Notes: generated from the letters alone by a model not told the origin. A DNA stretch of 58,600 bases, filler included, from Sphacelaria rigidula (GCA_964200075.2; 9 parts of 9 records of this genome joined end to end with filler, not necessarily neighbours in it), one strand, 5' to 3'; positions 35,901 through 49,638 are shown, numbered from the whole stretch's first letter. Translations and numbers: made by a program.

Positions 35901-36639
35901 TGGTGTCCTTGGCTGCTGGAGTGGATCGTGACGTTGATGCAGACGGTTCGAGTGAACAAATTCCAGGACTCCCAGGGGAAGAAAACTCTGACACGACCAC
36001 CGAGTGAGTGGCAAAACTACAACTTTAGTTGAAAGGGTAGGAATCTCGATGGTGTGCCTCTTACAAGCAACTAGAGCACGGGTACGGTTGACTGTAGCAC
36101 GGTTGGCTGTGGCTTCTCCGCACTTGGGCGATGGCGTACGATACTACATTTCTGCGTCTCTGTTTCCAGATAAGAGATACCCGTACGTAATTCATCCCGC
36201 GTTCTATTTTTTACATCCATATCTCTTCCCTTCCTCTACGATCAGCATTATCTGTGAGTAACAGTGTGGAGTCGACCATACCCGATCATCCTTAAGCCTG
36301 CAGGATTCAGCAAGAGGGGCTCTTTGCGGCACCCGAAATCCCGGGTGAGTACATATTTTATCTTGCGGCTTCTTCGCAAGTGGTGCGTAGTATCGTATTT
36401 CACCACGTCAACCCAGAGCACGGCACATCACAGCACCCACCCTGAAGTTCTGGACACCCCACTCGAGGCTTGCCCACAGGGTCAGTGATCTTCAACACGG
36501 GGACGTAGTACCATTTGGGTATCGTTTAAAAGGGTAGATGAGTTTGATGCGAAAAGGACCACCCAGTGTCATTTTCGTTTGCCTCATGTGAGAATACTAA
36601 TACTATGCTCCCACCACCTGAAGCCATGTTGCAGGGGCA

Positions 36640-36866
36640 GGTCATTTATAGTTTTATTCCTGTCCTTGCTCTGCTTTTTGTTTTCTTCAGTCTACTTCGT
36701 TCGTCTGTTTCGCCTTGATGTTATTTTCACTTCTCTTCAGGCAGTGTCTGCGCTTTGTTCATCTTGGGTACGTCTATCATGTGGACAATGACCATGACCA
36801 CGGCTGGATCATGACTCCTGGGTGATCAATTAATACGCGACAAACATCAATCAGTCAGTCAGTCAA
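36640..36866 (+). mobile_element. LINE (RTE-like) 3' UTR remnant with a (CAAT/CAGT)n tail; related tails at 51670-51751 (+), 57240-57560 (+) and 49639-49720 (-)
   Basis: A T-rich tract, then CTTGGGTACGTCTA.CATG...ACGGCTGG...GACAA and CAATCAAT-type repeats, shared among contigs. Confidence 0.7.
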
Positions 36867-39800
36867 CCGCGGGAAAGTGCCCGCCGTGTCAGCGTTTTGC
36901 AGTAGTATGGTCGTAGAGTCTGGGGTCGCTGATGTAGTATTGGGCACACACAGATTGACAGATCTCGAGAGAGGGAGTCCCTCGCTCATGACCGAGACAG
37001 CTACCAAGCTGCTGGCCGTGGGAAACGATCCTAGTGGTTCATGCTCGGGGGACTGGAAAAACAGAACTTCATAACCATAAGGAAGGTGCTCCGCAGATGG
37101 AGTTCAAAATGTTCACGCAGGAGAAAGTAGCCTGTGTAATTTCGTTCGCAGGACAGAAGACATGCGATTGATACGAAGGCGAGGAGCACGAACATGAAAT
37201 CTGGAACAAGATATGAGTGAAATGTTGCTACAGAATGTATGCTCAGGAGTCAGTATCCGACCTTTGCGTCAAAAACAGCACCACACTGAAGTCGAGGGGA
37301 AGCTGATCGCGTGGCTTGAATCATGGTATGTGCTCTTCATGCTGATTCATCTTATCCACTTGGCGTGGATCAACCTCATACCAATCAGGCTGAGCGCTGT
37401 GCATGGTGACGTGCCTCATTTGTCCCACACAAATCGAAAAAGAGTTAGGCACTGAGCGCCCTGTAAGTTACTCGCCCCCATCTTCTATTTCCGAACGATC
37501 CCAGGTTTGTGACGTTGAGCTGTCGACACCGCTGAGCTTTTCCTGCTGGTGATCTTGTGTGAGTAACTGATGAAAGGTTGGGCGATTGGATGGATCCAAG
37601 TCGTTGGGCAGACACCAGTGTCTGGGTGAATCACGGGTGCGACATTGTTGCACACAACCGACGCGATCAGCAACTTGGTCAACACTGTTGGTGAATGATG
37701 GTACAACCTGAACACATCAAGCGAGGTGACGTCTACACATACCTGGGTAACACGGATAGCAGACGCCGTACTTGCCCAACCGGTGACGGTGAACTCAAGG
37801 TAATTTTGAAGTGAAGGAAACACCAAGACATCCCTTTATCGCTTCACTCGGGTTAGTCATTGTTGTCACTACAACGAGAGTGGCGAATCACCTCATGCGA
37901 GACATCAATTAATCAATCGGTAATGCTCATTTTCATACAACATACAGGCATGCAGGCATACATGCATACATACATACGTACATACATACATACATGCATA
38001 CGTACGTACATGCGTACGTACATGCAAGCGTGGAAAGCGGAGAAACTTTGACATTCAACCTATCTCATTTCTGCAGGTGAAAGTGGAATTAGTACGAGTT
38101 CGTCGGGGCGACTAGATAATAAACACGTACATGTAACGTGCTGGGCACACATGTTGTGGATACTCTACACGTCGGAGAATGAATCTTGCGGTCTTGGCCG
38201 GATGGACCGTCGTTAAATCACGAGCAAAAACATAGTAGCTGTTCCATCAGTGTAGGGCACTACTCAATGGGTCTTGTTCTCGCGCTTGGTGCCCCTCCGG
38301 TAGGGAAGAACATAGGGAATGGAAGACAGCAGGCTTGAAGGGCAAGAAACAAAACATGTGTAACAATAGCCGAAATTGACGTAAGAACAAGAGGTGGCAC
38401 AAAACCTCAGTTTTCTACGCATACCCTAACTTCCAGGGGGATTAATTACACCACATTTGGGCTGCCACACGTCGTCAGACCTCTGCAACGGAGGTTCGTT
38501 CACATGCTGAGAGTACGTGCTAGACTCGTAGTGAGCATGTCCTGCGCAGTACACAGTTTTCGAGAAATTGGTACGAGTTCACTGTGAGTCGAAAAAAACG
38601 AACCACAGCGGGTGTGTTCTCGAGCAACCTGGAAACGACGGTGTACCCAGCATAAAGGGTAAGAGCGAAAATCAGCCCACCTAACGAATTGTCCATGTAT
38701 GGTGGATTACTTTAACAGCCAATACAGCTGCTTCCAGAGGCGCATACACTGATCTCATGATTTTCAGCCTTTGTGTGAATGGCGGGTAGGGGGTGTGGGG
38801 AAGGGCTGAGAATGTGCCACTTCCTGATGGCGTACAGTCATGACGAGAACAGAAGCAATGGCCTCAGCGAGTTTGCCATTATTGATGACAGATGCAAAAG
38901 TAATACTATGACGGATGCTAAATATCAAGATATATATACATTTGTTTTGCTAGCCTGTGACCACGGAAGGCGTCCGCATCAGATACTCAGTACAAATGTA
39001 CCGCGCAGATATCGGAACGCTTATTAATGTGAAGNNNNNNNNNNNNNNNNNNNNNNNNNNNNNNNNNNNNNNNNNNNNTTAATTAATTAANNNNNNNNNN
39101 NNNNNNNNNNNNNNNNNNNNNNNNNNNNNNNNNNGCTTAACCCTTGGACCGCGGTGCCCGTAGTCCATCTGGACCACGCGTGTACTTTTTCCAAGTGAAT
39201 ATTGATGCCGATTCATCAGGTGACCTACTCTCGCGGTCTGACGGTCAAGTCCTCCTGCGGAGTTGTGGGGGGGAAGATACTTTCGCTCTGTGTTACTCTT
39301 TCGTATCTTCCCTGCAATAGAGAAATGCGACTTCAGCCCCATTTTAGTGTTGAACCCCAAAATTTAAAACCGGCTGTTAAATGATGGTATAAGACTAGAA
39401 ACCCAACACATGTAAATAGACGAAAAATATGTACGAATTATTATACACGCCAAGGAGATGTCAGGACGGTCGTATGTTTGAACATAACGGACCACAAGGG
39501 TTAGGGTAATATGTTGGGTAAAAAATTCTCGCGTTTATCTGCAATCTCGCATAAAAAGTATCATATCCGGAGATTTGTACTATCCTATGCGTACCCGAGA
39601 TTGCACCCGATATCCCTCCAAATCTCTGGATATAGGGACGAGCCACCCACATTATGTAGATATACCCTGAGGGTGTGGTATACTTGTGTTATATATGCGT
39701 GTGCAACCAGGGGGCAGCGCGGAGAAATGTTTCGGACACCCAGCTTCCCCCCCCCCCTCCCCCAGAGGACATTTTATCGAAAAATGTCATGATTTTTTTG

Positions 39801-42232
39801 TATCGACTTTGTTGCAAGAAGTTCATCAATAAAGACTGGCTTGATTTTTTTCTGTTGATTTGGTCGCGAAAAACCGAAAAGTCTGGTGGATTTTGCGTTG
39901 TTCGTAAAATATCTGCTTCTGCTCCTTGCCCGCTCTGTCCCGATAACCGCAGGCATGAAAAAAATTCAAAAGAACTTCCTACCTTTATTTTCATTTTTTT
40001 CGTGTTTTTAGTGGAGTCTGGGGAGAAACAAGCGTAGCTCTTGGGCCTTATCTCAATGTCTTGGCTCGATTTTTAGAATTGTGATTTGAAACTTAGCATG
40101 GAGAACCACAAACGTGTTGCGAATAAAAAAAAAATGGGCCTTCATTTTTCAAGTTTTTTTCGTAAAGATTTGGGCGCTCTCCTGAAGAAATGGTCTTCAC
40201 CATCCGAGAACGCCCTAAACCAGTGAAAAAAATAATGAAAAAACTGCCCTGCTTTGTTCTGTTGATTTTGCCTTATAGAGCGCCCACACAACATTTCAAT
40301 ACACGAAAACCAAACGTCGGCCAGTGAGTGGCCTTCGAAATACTGTGCCGAATTTCGACCGACCCGGTTTTTTCAAGGCCCATGCTCCCGCCAATATTTA
40401 GAGTAGGACCCTGAAATTTGGTACGCACAATGAATAGGACATGAAAAACTACCTCGGTGCCATAAGAGTTTTTTTCTCTAATCGTCCAGGGCAATAATCA
40501 GTTTATGGGTATGAGTAAAAGGCCTTCAACTCATGAAAAAAAAACTTTGGATACCGAGACCATTTTGTTTTCATGCCCTACTCATTGTAAATACCAAATT
40601 TCAGGGGCCAACTCTAGATATTGGCGGGAGCATGGGCCTGCAAATTTCAAATCCGCCTCTGGGCTGGCCGAGCGTAAGAAGCGGCCTGAGTGGCGTGCTC
40701 GAGTAGGTCGAAGGATATCGTTTAACGGTCAACCGCAATCGTTGCGGGATATATGACTGAATCAATCCCGAGCCCAATCGCCGACACTGCTGCTGTACCG
40801 CATTGTTGACTGCACTGAAGTGTGACGTGCACGTTGTATGACACAGACCATGATGCTACACACTACATTACGGTCCGAAGCGGCAATCGGCTGCAGGAAG
40901 ATTGCATACGCCTGCTCTTTCGGCCTTCACTTTAACTGTTGCCAGGGTTCGGGTGTGTGTATGCGCGTGTATGTGCTTGTATCCACATGCGAGCGGCCTC
41001 AGGGCAGTTGCTGTCGCCAACACTTTTTTGGGCTAGTTTCTCCCACTCTGACGACTTCCACACGGTCGTGGCTCGCGAAGAAGTTTATGTCGCCACCACA
41101 CCTCCTTGGCACTCGGCATCGCCACGGCGGGATAGGACTCCCCAACTTGTGCGACTCGCACGTGCGTGTCCGGGGGTTCAACGATAAGCTTTGGAGATGA
41201 TCACCACCGCGGAGTGGGCAAAAACGTATCTGCAGGCAATCCGTGCGCAATTTTTCGACGGCACTTTTTCGGCAAGGGAAATGACTACACGGCTCCTCGC
41301 TTGTTCGCCACGATTGAACATTATTACAAGATTTGAGAACACAACAAAGTAGTGCAGTGCTGTCAATCCCGTAATGTACATACAGCATCTGTCGGTGAGA
41401 ACCCCCCCCTTCCTCCCCCCCCTGCACGTGCCTTGCGTGGTAATACATGTTGGGACAAGTCTCAGCCGAGCTTCGAGCGGGAATCATCGAATTCAGAATG
41501 CTCCTATCAGTGATTTGTGTTTTTGAGTTGTGGTGAATCTTTCATGACGTCGGGATCATCGTACTGTCGTCGGACAGGTTCCCCCTGGCAGGAGATGCCG
41601 TGATGGGGATCGGGGTGGAGAGCACGCAGCTACTGGAGGTCGCTCTCGAGCTTGATCGTCCCACGGAGCTCTTCCTCCACCATCGCGGTCTCGCGACCGA
41701 GGTTGGGGACCGTATGGAGAGGCCAAAAGGCTTTCATGTCGGGGATGTTCAAGGCAAGCCCCCGAAAAACCGAATGCTTGCTCGAGGTATTGCGATCCTT
41801 AGTCCGCGTCTTTGGCCGACGTGCAGGCACCGGATCGTATTTGATTACTCGCGACTTATATCTGATGTGCTAGATGAAGCTCATACCAATGACCCCGACC
41901 TCGCGTGTGTTCATGCGTCACCTTTGCCGGCAGGACGATATCAGCGGCGAGGTGTACGTGGGGTCGACGCTGCTGCCATCAGCGCTGCCCACAGACACTA
42001 CGGCGGGAGGATTGCTGGTTCGGGGTCCGGGAGACACGACCGAAAAGATCATAACGGGTGCTTCACAGACCTTCGGCTACATGCTGGAGATGAGAACAGC
42101 GCTGCATGGGGGGTGATGAAGACACTGTGACCCCGTAGTCCTCTTTCCCCTCGCCCTTTTACCGCCGTTTCCGTCCTGATATGTACGCGAGTTTCTCATG
42201 ATTTGAAGGGATGTCGGGGGTGCACGAGAAAA

Positions 42233-42790
42233 AAAAACCGCACACCTATGAATCCCTCCCCCCCCTACTCCGTCTCAAAAGGGATGCGTGGTCAATGGTC
42301 AAACGACTAAGGCAAGCAACAAATGAGTACGCCCCCCTACCCGAATGGGACGGAACGGGACGGAACGGGACGGAACGGGACGTGCTACCGGGGGAAATCC
42401 GGGACGTGAACAAAAGAGGCATGCAATCGTTTGATGCATTATGCAGTAGGGAGAAGACATTGTCTACACTACTAGGAGATAGATGGTGGCCAGAGACGAC
42501 GAAACAGAACGGGGATGATATATGTAACAGGTTTTTGTGTAATGTATGTAAAAAACGTCGTGAGCTACTCAAGAAGCGTGATGAGCGTAAAAATGTTGGA
42601 GGTGTCTCTATTAGGAGTAGGAACGGTGCTCCGTCTCGAAATAGATGCGTTGTCAATGGTCAAACGACTAAGGCAAGCAACAAATGAGTACGACCCCGTA
42701 CACCAAACCACNNNNNNNNNNAAAGCGTTGACTATGGTGTACCGGCGAAGGCAAGCAAAAAATGGCTGGGCCCCCCCCCCCCCCTACCCC
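42233..42790 (+). mobile_element. Cluster of three 3' ends of a LINE-like family, one carrying the ORF C-terminus (ERDVL...LLGDRWWPETTKQ...SRNGAPSRNRCVVNGQTTKASNK*)
   Basis: The tail GTCAATGGTCAAACGACTAAGGCAAGCAACAAATGAGTACG occurs at 42291 and 42652, with a degenerate copy at ~42730. Each is followed by a C-rich run. The LINE ORF2 assignment is from recall of brown-algal repeats and is not verified. Confidence 0.6.
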
Positions 42791-43644
42791 TCCGTTTTGG
42801 CGAAAACAATGTTTGCCCCTCTTTTGTTTTCCCCCCAAGTTCACGTTTTGTTTCACCTGTATGTAGTGCCCATCACACGTCAAACACGTGCCAAATACGA
42901 CTCAATCTCGTCGGGAACAGCATGCTGTTGAGGGGTGATTGGTTTGGCTTCCCCTGACAGTGGTTGTAGTCGGAGACAATCCTCGAACATGACCACCCCC
43001 GGCGGAAATCTTGAACAAAAGTCATGCTAATCCCCCTCTTATTAAGGGGGATACCCCTGCCCAACGCTGCGTCATTTGTTATGGGACTTAGTATAGCATC
43101 GCTTTATATGGGAGTTTATATAGCCTTTTGAGGGGGGGGGGGGGGTCTAGTACCCTACACCCCCAATGAGACGGCCAAATTAAAAAAAGGGGGAAGGNNN
43201 NNNNNNNGGGGGTTTTTTTTTGGGGATTTTGTTTGGGTTTGGTTTATATGGGTGTTTTTTTAGCCTTTTGGGGGGGGGGGGGGGTCTAGTACCCTACACC
43301 CCCAATGAGACGTCCAAATTAAAAAAATGGGACATGCGTGTGCGGGGTTTTTTTTTCGTGCACCCTTGGAGATGTAGGTTCTTTTTACTGCGTAGTATCG
43401 AGTTTTTCCCCTCCCGCTTTACCGTACTTTGTGAAAAAGCAGTATTTTTCGGGGCCATTTATGGGCGCGTCCACATCGCGATGCCCGGGCGACACACGGT
43501 TTCGCGAACAACTATACATCGTGATTTTGAGACCCCCGTCTGAGCGCTGATTCCAACCACCACCCCTCCGTATCTCGAACTGACTTTCTCATGTTCGTTG
43601 CCACCGGTCGTCTCTGCCGTGTCCACTGTCGATTTCCGTCGCAG

Positions 43645-44340
43645 CGTTCGACGTTCAATCAGATGAACGAGCTGTTCCTCATCACGAAGCCCGGCCAGCA
43701 GATTGTTTACCCAGGAATCCCCTTGTGGGGAAAGTACAGGGTATACAATACGCCTAGAGAGGCTATAGATTCGGTACCTCAAGAAATTCTGGATGAGCAA
43801 TATATTCGCCTGGTAATAGTCGCATCCAACAGACAACTAAGGCGCCTCGTAAAACCCGGCAGGGAAGCCTGCCAACCGGAAGCAGCCCTGTATTTGGGGG
43901 TGTCAGACACCTGCCCAATTTACCATTTGGAATGAGATGCGGGCGGGAAGGGGGTTATGATGGGGATAAGGTCGCAAATACCACACAACGGCCCCAGAGA
44001 CTCGTACATGACCGCTGCGATAGGCAGCGTAGATGGTACGCAGTACGGTGTGATAGCCAGTGTGCAAAAGAGTCGAGAGAGGAACGGAAGGCTCACCGCG
44101 ATGCAGCCTATCGCGGTCACTCCTGGGGATTTGGTCGTAGGTGGGCCGGGATTTGAGCAACGGTGGCTGAGGATCAGACGCGATACGGGTCGAGAGGGGT
44201 TGGAAGACGAGGTAGCCCCCGATGATGACCATGACGACTGTGATGCTGGAAGTGATGGCGATGGTGATGATGGTGGTGGTTGCAAGAGCAGTAGTGATGA
44301 CGGTGGAGCCTCGAGTTGCAGTGGCGCAGTTGGAGAGTGA
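43645..44340 (+). pseudogene. Terminal-exon-like frame with one internal stop; product unknown, acidic/Gly tail
   Basis: Acceptor TTTCCGTCGCAG at 43644. ORFs 43591-43935 and 43957-44340 are in the same frame, separated only by the TGA at 43933-43935. Confidence 0.4.
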
Positions 44341-45090
44341 AAACATACAGATCGGGATGTGGACGCGAACGTACAGTTCAGGGCGGGGTCGAGATGCTGT
44401 CATGTAGCATGGATGGGGTGTTGCGATGGGGTGTATGACGGGACCATACGAAGCGATTTTGGGGTGGGTGCAAACGGTTTCTCTTTCGACTGAGACATTG
44501 CTGCATCATATATGCTCAAACCGGATTGGAAAGCTCGACAGGTATTTGCAGTACGGTGCATTCGTGCAATCTATTATTCAAGTTGTGCATCGACCGTCGA
44601 AGGAGATCAGTGATGCTTTTTCATGTGCCCTTCTTCAGGACAGTGGACGCCCAATCATCCGCTCGGCACATCACTGCGTTGGCGGTGATATCCCCCCAGC
44701 ACGTCACTGACGAGCACCTTGACGCCTGAGATTCTCTTCCGGACACGAGCCTCGGGACAAACAACGGTGAGAACATCGTCGACAATCAAACAAACGTTAT
44801 GGTCCGTCGCCCGCAGCTAACCAGGGATGGGCGGTACGTGCGACCACGGACGCACTTCCTACTCCTCGCCAAAATTGCACATCAGCGCTGTCGTGCGGTA
44901 CTCCTGAAGGTTTTTTGCCATTCAACGGCTAGGGTCTTCAAACCTCATTTCATTAATCAACCTTATTTCATTTATCAACCTCATTTAATAGAACCCCCCG
45001 TTATAGATATTCTCGGCTATCCCTTACACCATCTCAATTTATGGAGTAACTTCGAGTACTGTTTCGCTGAGCCACCGTCTGAATACCTTC

Positions 45091-45556
45091 ATGTTGTTGT
45101 TGTCTTCACATTAAAAACCGTTCTGATATCTGCGCGGTACATTCGTACTGGGCATCTGATGCGTATGCCTTCCGTGGTCAAAGGCTAGCAAAAAACCAAG
45201 AAAAACAAAGTAGACCCAGATTAAAACTCACAAAACGCGATACAAGCTAAACAGGAATAAATGATAAAGAAGAAAGGGAGTACATATGGCTAATCTCAGA
45301 GAATCCGGTGCCGCAGGTGGCCATTCGGACTTCAGGGGGTGGCACTCGGTTTTTCAACTCGACGCGCGACAAGTAGAAATGAACGCAGGGTCCGACTACG
45401 GGCGAGGCTCAAGGCCCCAAATACCGCCAACCAAAGAACTAAAGAAGTAAAAATCGCAGCGTTCCATCTCGCGACCTCTCGAGGGACAGCCGTACGTACA
45501 AGCGTACCAGGTGTATCAAGACAAGAAGTACATGACATAACGACACCCCTCATCGG
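45091..45556 (-). mobile_element. LINE-like 3' end with an (ACA)n tail; second copy at 38945-39034 (+)
   Basis: TTGCTAGCCT(T/G)TGACCACGGAAGGC...AATGTACCGCGCAGATATC...TAATGTGAAG is shared between contigs 6 and 7. Here it is preceded by a T-rich UTR and followed by ACAACAACAACA. Confidence 0.65.
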
Positions 45557-47360
45557 NNNNNNNNNNNNNNNNNNNNNNNNNNNNNNNNNNNNNNNNNNNN
45601 TTAATTAATTAANNNNNNNNNNNNNNNNNNNNNNNNNNNNNNNNNNNNNNNNNNNNGATTATCTTGCATTTGGATGACAGCTTACAATGAGTTGTTTCAT
45701 TATCTGGTATCGCCACTTCCAGAGACAGCCACAGCTCATACAATGCCTCATGGGTGCCACACCATTTAAACACTACGTGGAACGACCATCCTCATTGTGC
45801 GGAGTTGAGGTTTCCCGCGCCGCACAACATGATCTAGCTCGACTACCGTCATCGTTACCACAAAAAAAAACGCAAGCGCGCAGAAAAAAAAGCGGTAACC
45901 TGGTTGCCTAGCTCACGAGTGAGTGGCGTGATTTATAGCGTCATCGCCAACCGACGCCAACCCCATCGGGGGTCCGCCCCTACTAAGGCGGGAAGGAGCA
46001 CGCCGGGTTCTCGCCGGACCAGGGGGGGGAGGGGGGGGGGGGGTGAGGGAGGGAAACAAAACCCCGAAAAGCGGACAAGTCGCGTGTCTGTGCACATGTG
46101 TGTGTGTACCATGTGGCGGCCGGAAACACATGCGCAGTGCAGATCACAATTTTATTGTTGCACAGAACGACGCGAAACAAATTTATTAGAAAAATCGACG
46201 CACCTGCGAAGACGGTGCTGCTTTACTAACCTACAGGAGGATGGGTTTAGACCGCATCCACAGCTCATCGTCTGTCGCATTACACTGTTGTAACTACACA
46301 GCTACACAAGATATAAGTAACTACTGCCGAGTTCACGCCGCCGGGTCGGGTGGGGGTGGGGACTGGGAGGAGCGTTGCATACCGCGGGATGTTCCGGCGC
46401 CAATACCTCAATCCGCAATTTCTCATTCCTGGGCAGCTCAAGCGCTTGCACATTGAAAAATACCGACATACTATTGTAGTACTGTACTAAGATATTTTCA
46501 AGAGACTGTGACACCTCCATCTCTTCGGCCGCTGAAGTGGGTCACCTGTTAACTCGGCATTACATTTATTTGAAAAATGAAGAGAAGACCGATCAAACGG
46601 GTTTTGTGATCGAAAAGAGTAAAGGACGTTGCATCGAACAACATAGGTAAAACGGCTAACGGAGGAGGGGGATGATGTATGCTGGGGGCCAACAGGTGAA
46701 GGGCAACCGCTAGAAGCGCATGTTTCGAAAACTGTTGTTTCTTGTTCGGGTCTGCCAATGCTCGCAAAAAGGACGCTGTAACATTTACTACAGATATGCA
46801 AAATAATGTACTGAAGAGATTCCCTTCCTTGGCCGTTCGGGCAGAACTGAATATTTGCTCCACTACAGTTTTGTCAAGGTGATCAAAAACAGTGCGGCGT
46901 GGTGGGTGGGGACGATAGTCGGTCTCTTTGACTATCGTGCCTCTTTACAGCGATTAATTCGTTGCCCATAGATAGGTGATGGTTCTTCCAACGGGACACC
47001 GAAAACAGTACGGAGAGGAGATGCTTCGGTGCATAGCACAGCAGGGTGGAAGACAGGACCGCCCAGGAAGTAAGATATAAAATATTTACAAGGCTTGCTG
47101 AGCATGAAGCAGAACTGCACGAAGAGCACTTGCTACTGTCGTAGAAATGAAATAGCCAAAACCTCGTTTGCCCATATACTTGTAATGAAGACAACACATA
47201 CATACCCCGGACTACGTCACTTAAGGATGAAACAGTAACACGGAGAAACACGCAGCAATTCTCTGGGCGCACCACGATGAGATACGGCACCGTCCGCGTG
47301 TGGACAGTGACGTTCCTCTGGCGTACGCGGAACTGCCTGTATTCCGGCACCATCGCGAGT

Positions 47361-47442
47361 ATTCAAACCCCAGTGCATCTGAAGTACAGTCACAGTACAA
47401 TATTCTACTGTGACTGTACTTCAGATGCACTGGGGTTTGAAT
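47361..47442. repeat. 82-bp near-perfect palindrome (37-bp perfect stem)
   Basis: ATTCAAACCCCAGTGCATCTGAAGTACAGTCACAGTA, then CAATATTC, then the exact reverse complement. Confidence 0.95.
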
Positions 47443-49638
47443 TTTATGTGGAGGAGATGAGTAAATGCTACCGTGCGGTGTATGCGGAGAGGAAACAGAG
47501 CAGAACAGGGAGGGAGGGTAGGGTTGTGGAGGTGTTTGTTCACATTTGATGACGGTCTGCCCGTTGCTCCGTAACATCAAGCACTGAACAACCTAAAACG
47601 GAAATTGCCACAGGCGATCAACGTGGTGCATGCCATGGGCTGCCCTCTCCATCGTCGCGCGAGGGGGCTGCTGTAAGGCGTGCAATCTTGCGTACTGACC
47701 GCGAAATGCGGTCTGTACAGTGTGTGTGCGTGTTGCGATCTCATTTGGTTTGGACGCCACTCTACCCCTGTAGGTATGTGCGAACTGCGAACGCAACAGC
47801 TGGGGTCATGTACTGTTATAGGAAGGTCAACAAGGGAGTTTTTCTCTTGTTTTTCGTTCTCGTCTTGTTTTTATATTTTTGATTCATAGTCATAATACTC
47901 CCTCTCCTACTCCTTCTTATGTGGTGCCTGGCTCTGTTTTTATCAAGTACAGCACCGGTTGGCGCATCATAATTTCCGCGCGAGTTGCTCCAGGTAATAT
48001 AGGGGAGAAATGTACTATATGGAAGACCACGCTTCTTGCGCAATGGTGCAAGCGCAATGGCGCAATGGCGCAATGGCGCAATGGCGCAATGTCACTGATT
48101 GCTGTTCTGCACTTCGCACTGCTATACCGTTGCAGTAGGGCACCACGTAGTGCAGTCAGTAACGAGCTGTGAACACGGAAGGTGTCCGTGCCCATCTAGG
48201 CGTGCTTCAGGGCTACACATGCAAGAAGTTCGTTTTTACTGATCAGATTCGTACCACAAGTTGCTTGCACCATCATGGTAAGACTTCAGACTAACCGTGT
48301 AGCACCCGTCATGATTGTGCTCTCATCATGGCTATGTGTGAACAAAGAGGTGGGGGACGCTTTTGTTACCCACAGCACATGGAAGAGTAGTTGTAGTATG
48401 GTGAGGTGTAGACGTACATTCAGCGCAATACTGGTTGTACACCAGGTAAGAGAGAACTGCAGTACAACGCGACAGCATCACACACAGCAGGAGTACAACG
48501 GAGAATTTTACGCATCAACATGCGGCATTGAGGGATAGAGCAGCACTGCTTGCACTGCGCTGGTGTAGAATAGCAGTGTTGATCAAACTCTTTGATCTTC
48601 GCTTTGTAAAAAATCACTCTCAGAGCCCTCGCCCATGCCCCTCCACGTCCCGCCCGCCCCGGCTTGTCCAACAACGAGACCATCAAACTATACGAAACAA
48701 AAAAAACCACACGCCCCATCATTTGTTCGGCAAGCTTTCTATACCTGTGTTTCCTGAGCTGTGAATCAGTTGAGCTTCTCCTTTCCCTCCCCTTGCTTGC
48801 TATGATCTTTCTCTTCGTGCTTATGTTTTTGTGTGGTACGTATTTCTCTCCAAGTACCTCAGCCCCCCTCTCTCTCTCTCCCTCTTTCTCTCCGTGGTGG
48901 CTGTGCAACAAGAGAGGTTTTTGGTGGTCAGGTAGATGAGAAAGCAAGCACCTGGTATTGTTTTGGGATTGCTTTGTCATTTTCCAAAACGTGAGGAGTG
49001 AAGGATTTTGATTGGACAGAATCCAAGGGGGGCGCGGCACAATCCAACAGACTTGACACCCATCCGCCTATCCAAGGAACAATACTCGACAGTACAGCGC
49101 AGTATGTCGTTGACACAGACACCACACAGAGTTGCTACCCGTACTCAACCGGATTTGAAGTGACAGTGTATTGTTGCGTTCTGAACTTATGAGGAAATTT
49201 TGCTGTCCGTCGCTGGTTGAGCCGCTCTCATCCCGATATTTTTTCTTGTTTTGTCTCTCATCATCGCGTATCCTCCGTTTACGCCTGGCTAGCACATCTC
49301 CCGTACAGTAGTAGTAGTACTATCGGAAGTCAACTTCCGAGTATTTTGTGCCGGCTAATCGTGTGCTGGCCGCTCACGTGATGTTGAGCTCTCGGTTTGT
49401 TTCATCGTGGTGCTCAGAAATACTCCTACGATACGCAGCCACGCATCAAACTGGTCACGTGCTTCTACTGCCTAGCTTGCGCAGAGGCCGTTTTCGTCCA
49501 AATCCGTCCCTCTGCCAGCGCACACTTCGCCCGGAACACTCTTTGCGCCCATCTTGCCCGACGGAACGCGGTATACTTCGGTGAGTTTGGTGCGAGTTTA
49601 GGTTAGAGTTATTTCAGAATAATCAATTTCCGAGAAAG

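Noticed and set aside
43100..43330. Direct repeat on both sides of the 10-N gap
   Set aside because: Most likely redundant overlap left by scaffolding around G homopolymers.
45190..45556. Polypurine tract plus LTR start (GAGGGG-TGTCG) on the minus strand
   Set aside because: The segment runs into a T-rich UTR and an (ACA)n tail shared with 38945-39034, which fits a LINE 3' end better. No partner LTR is present.
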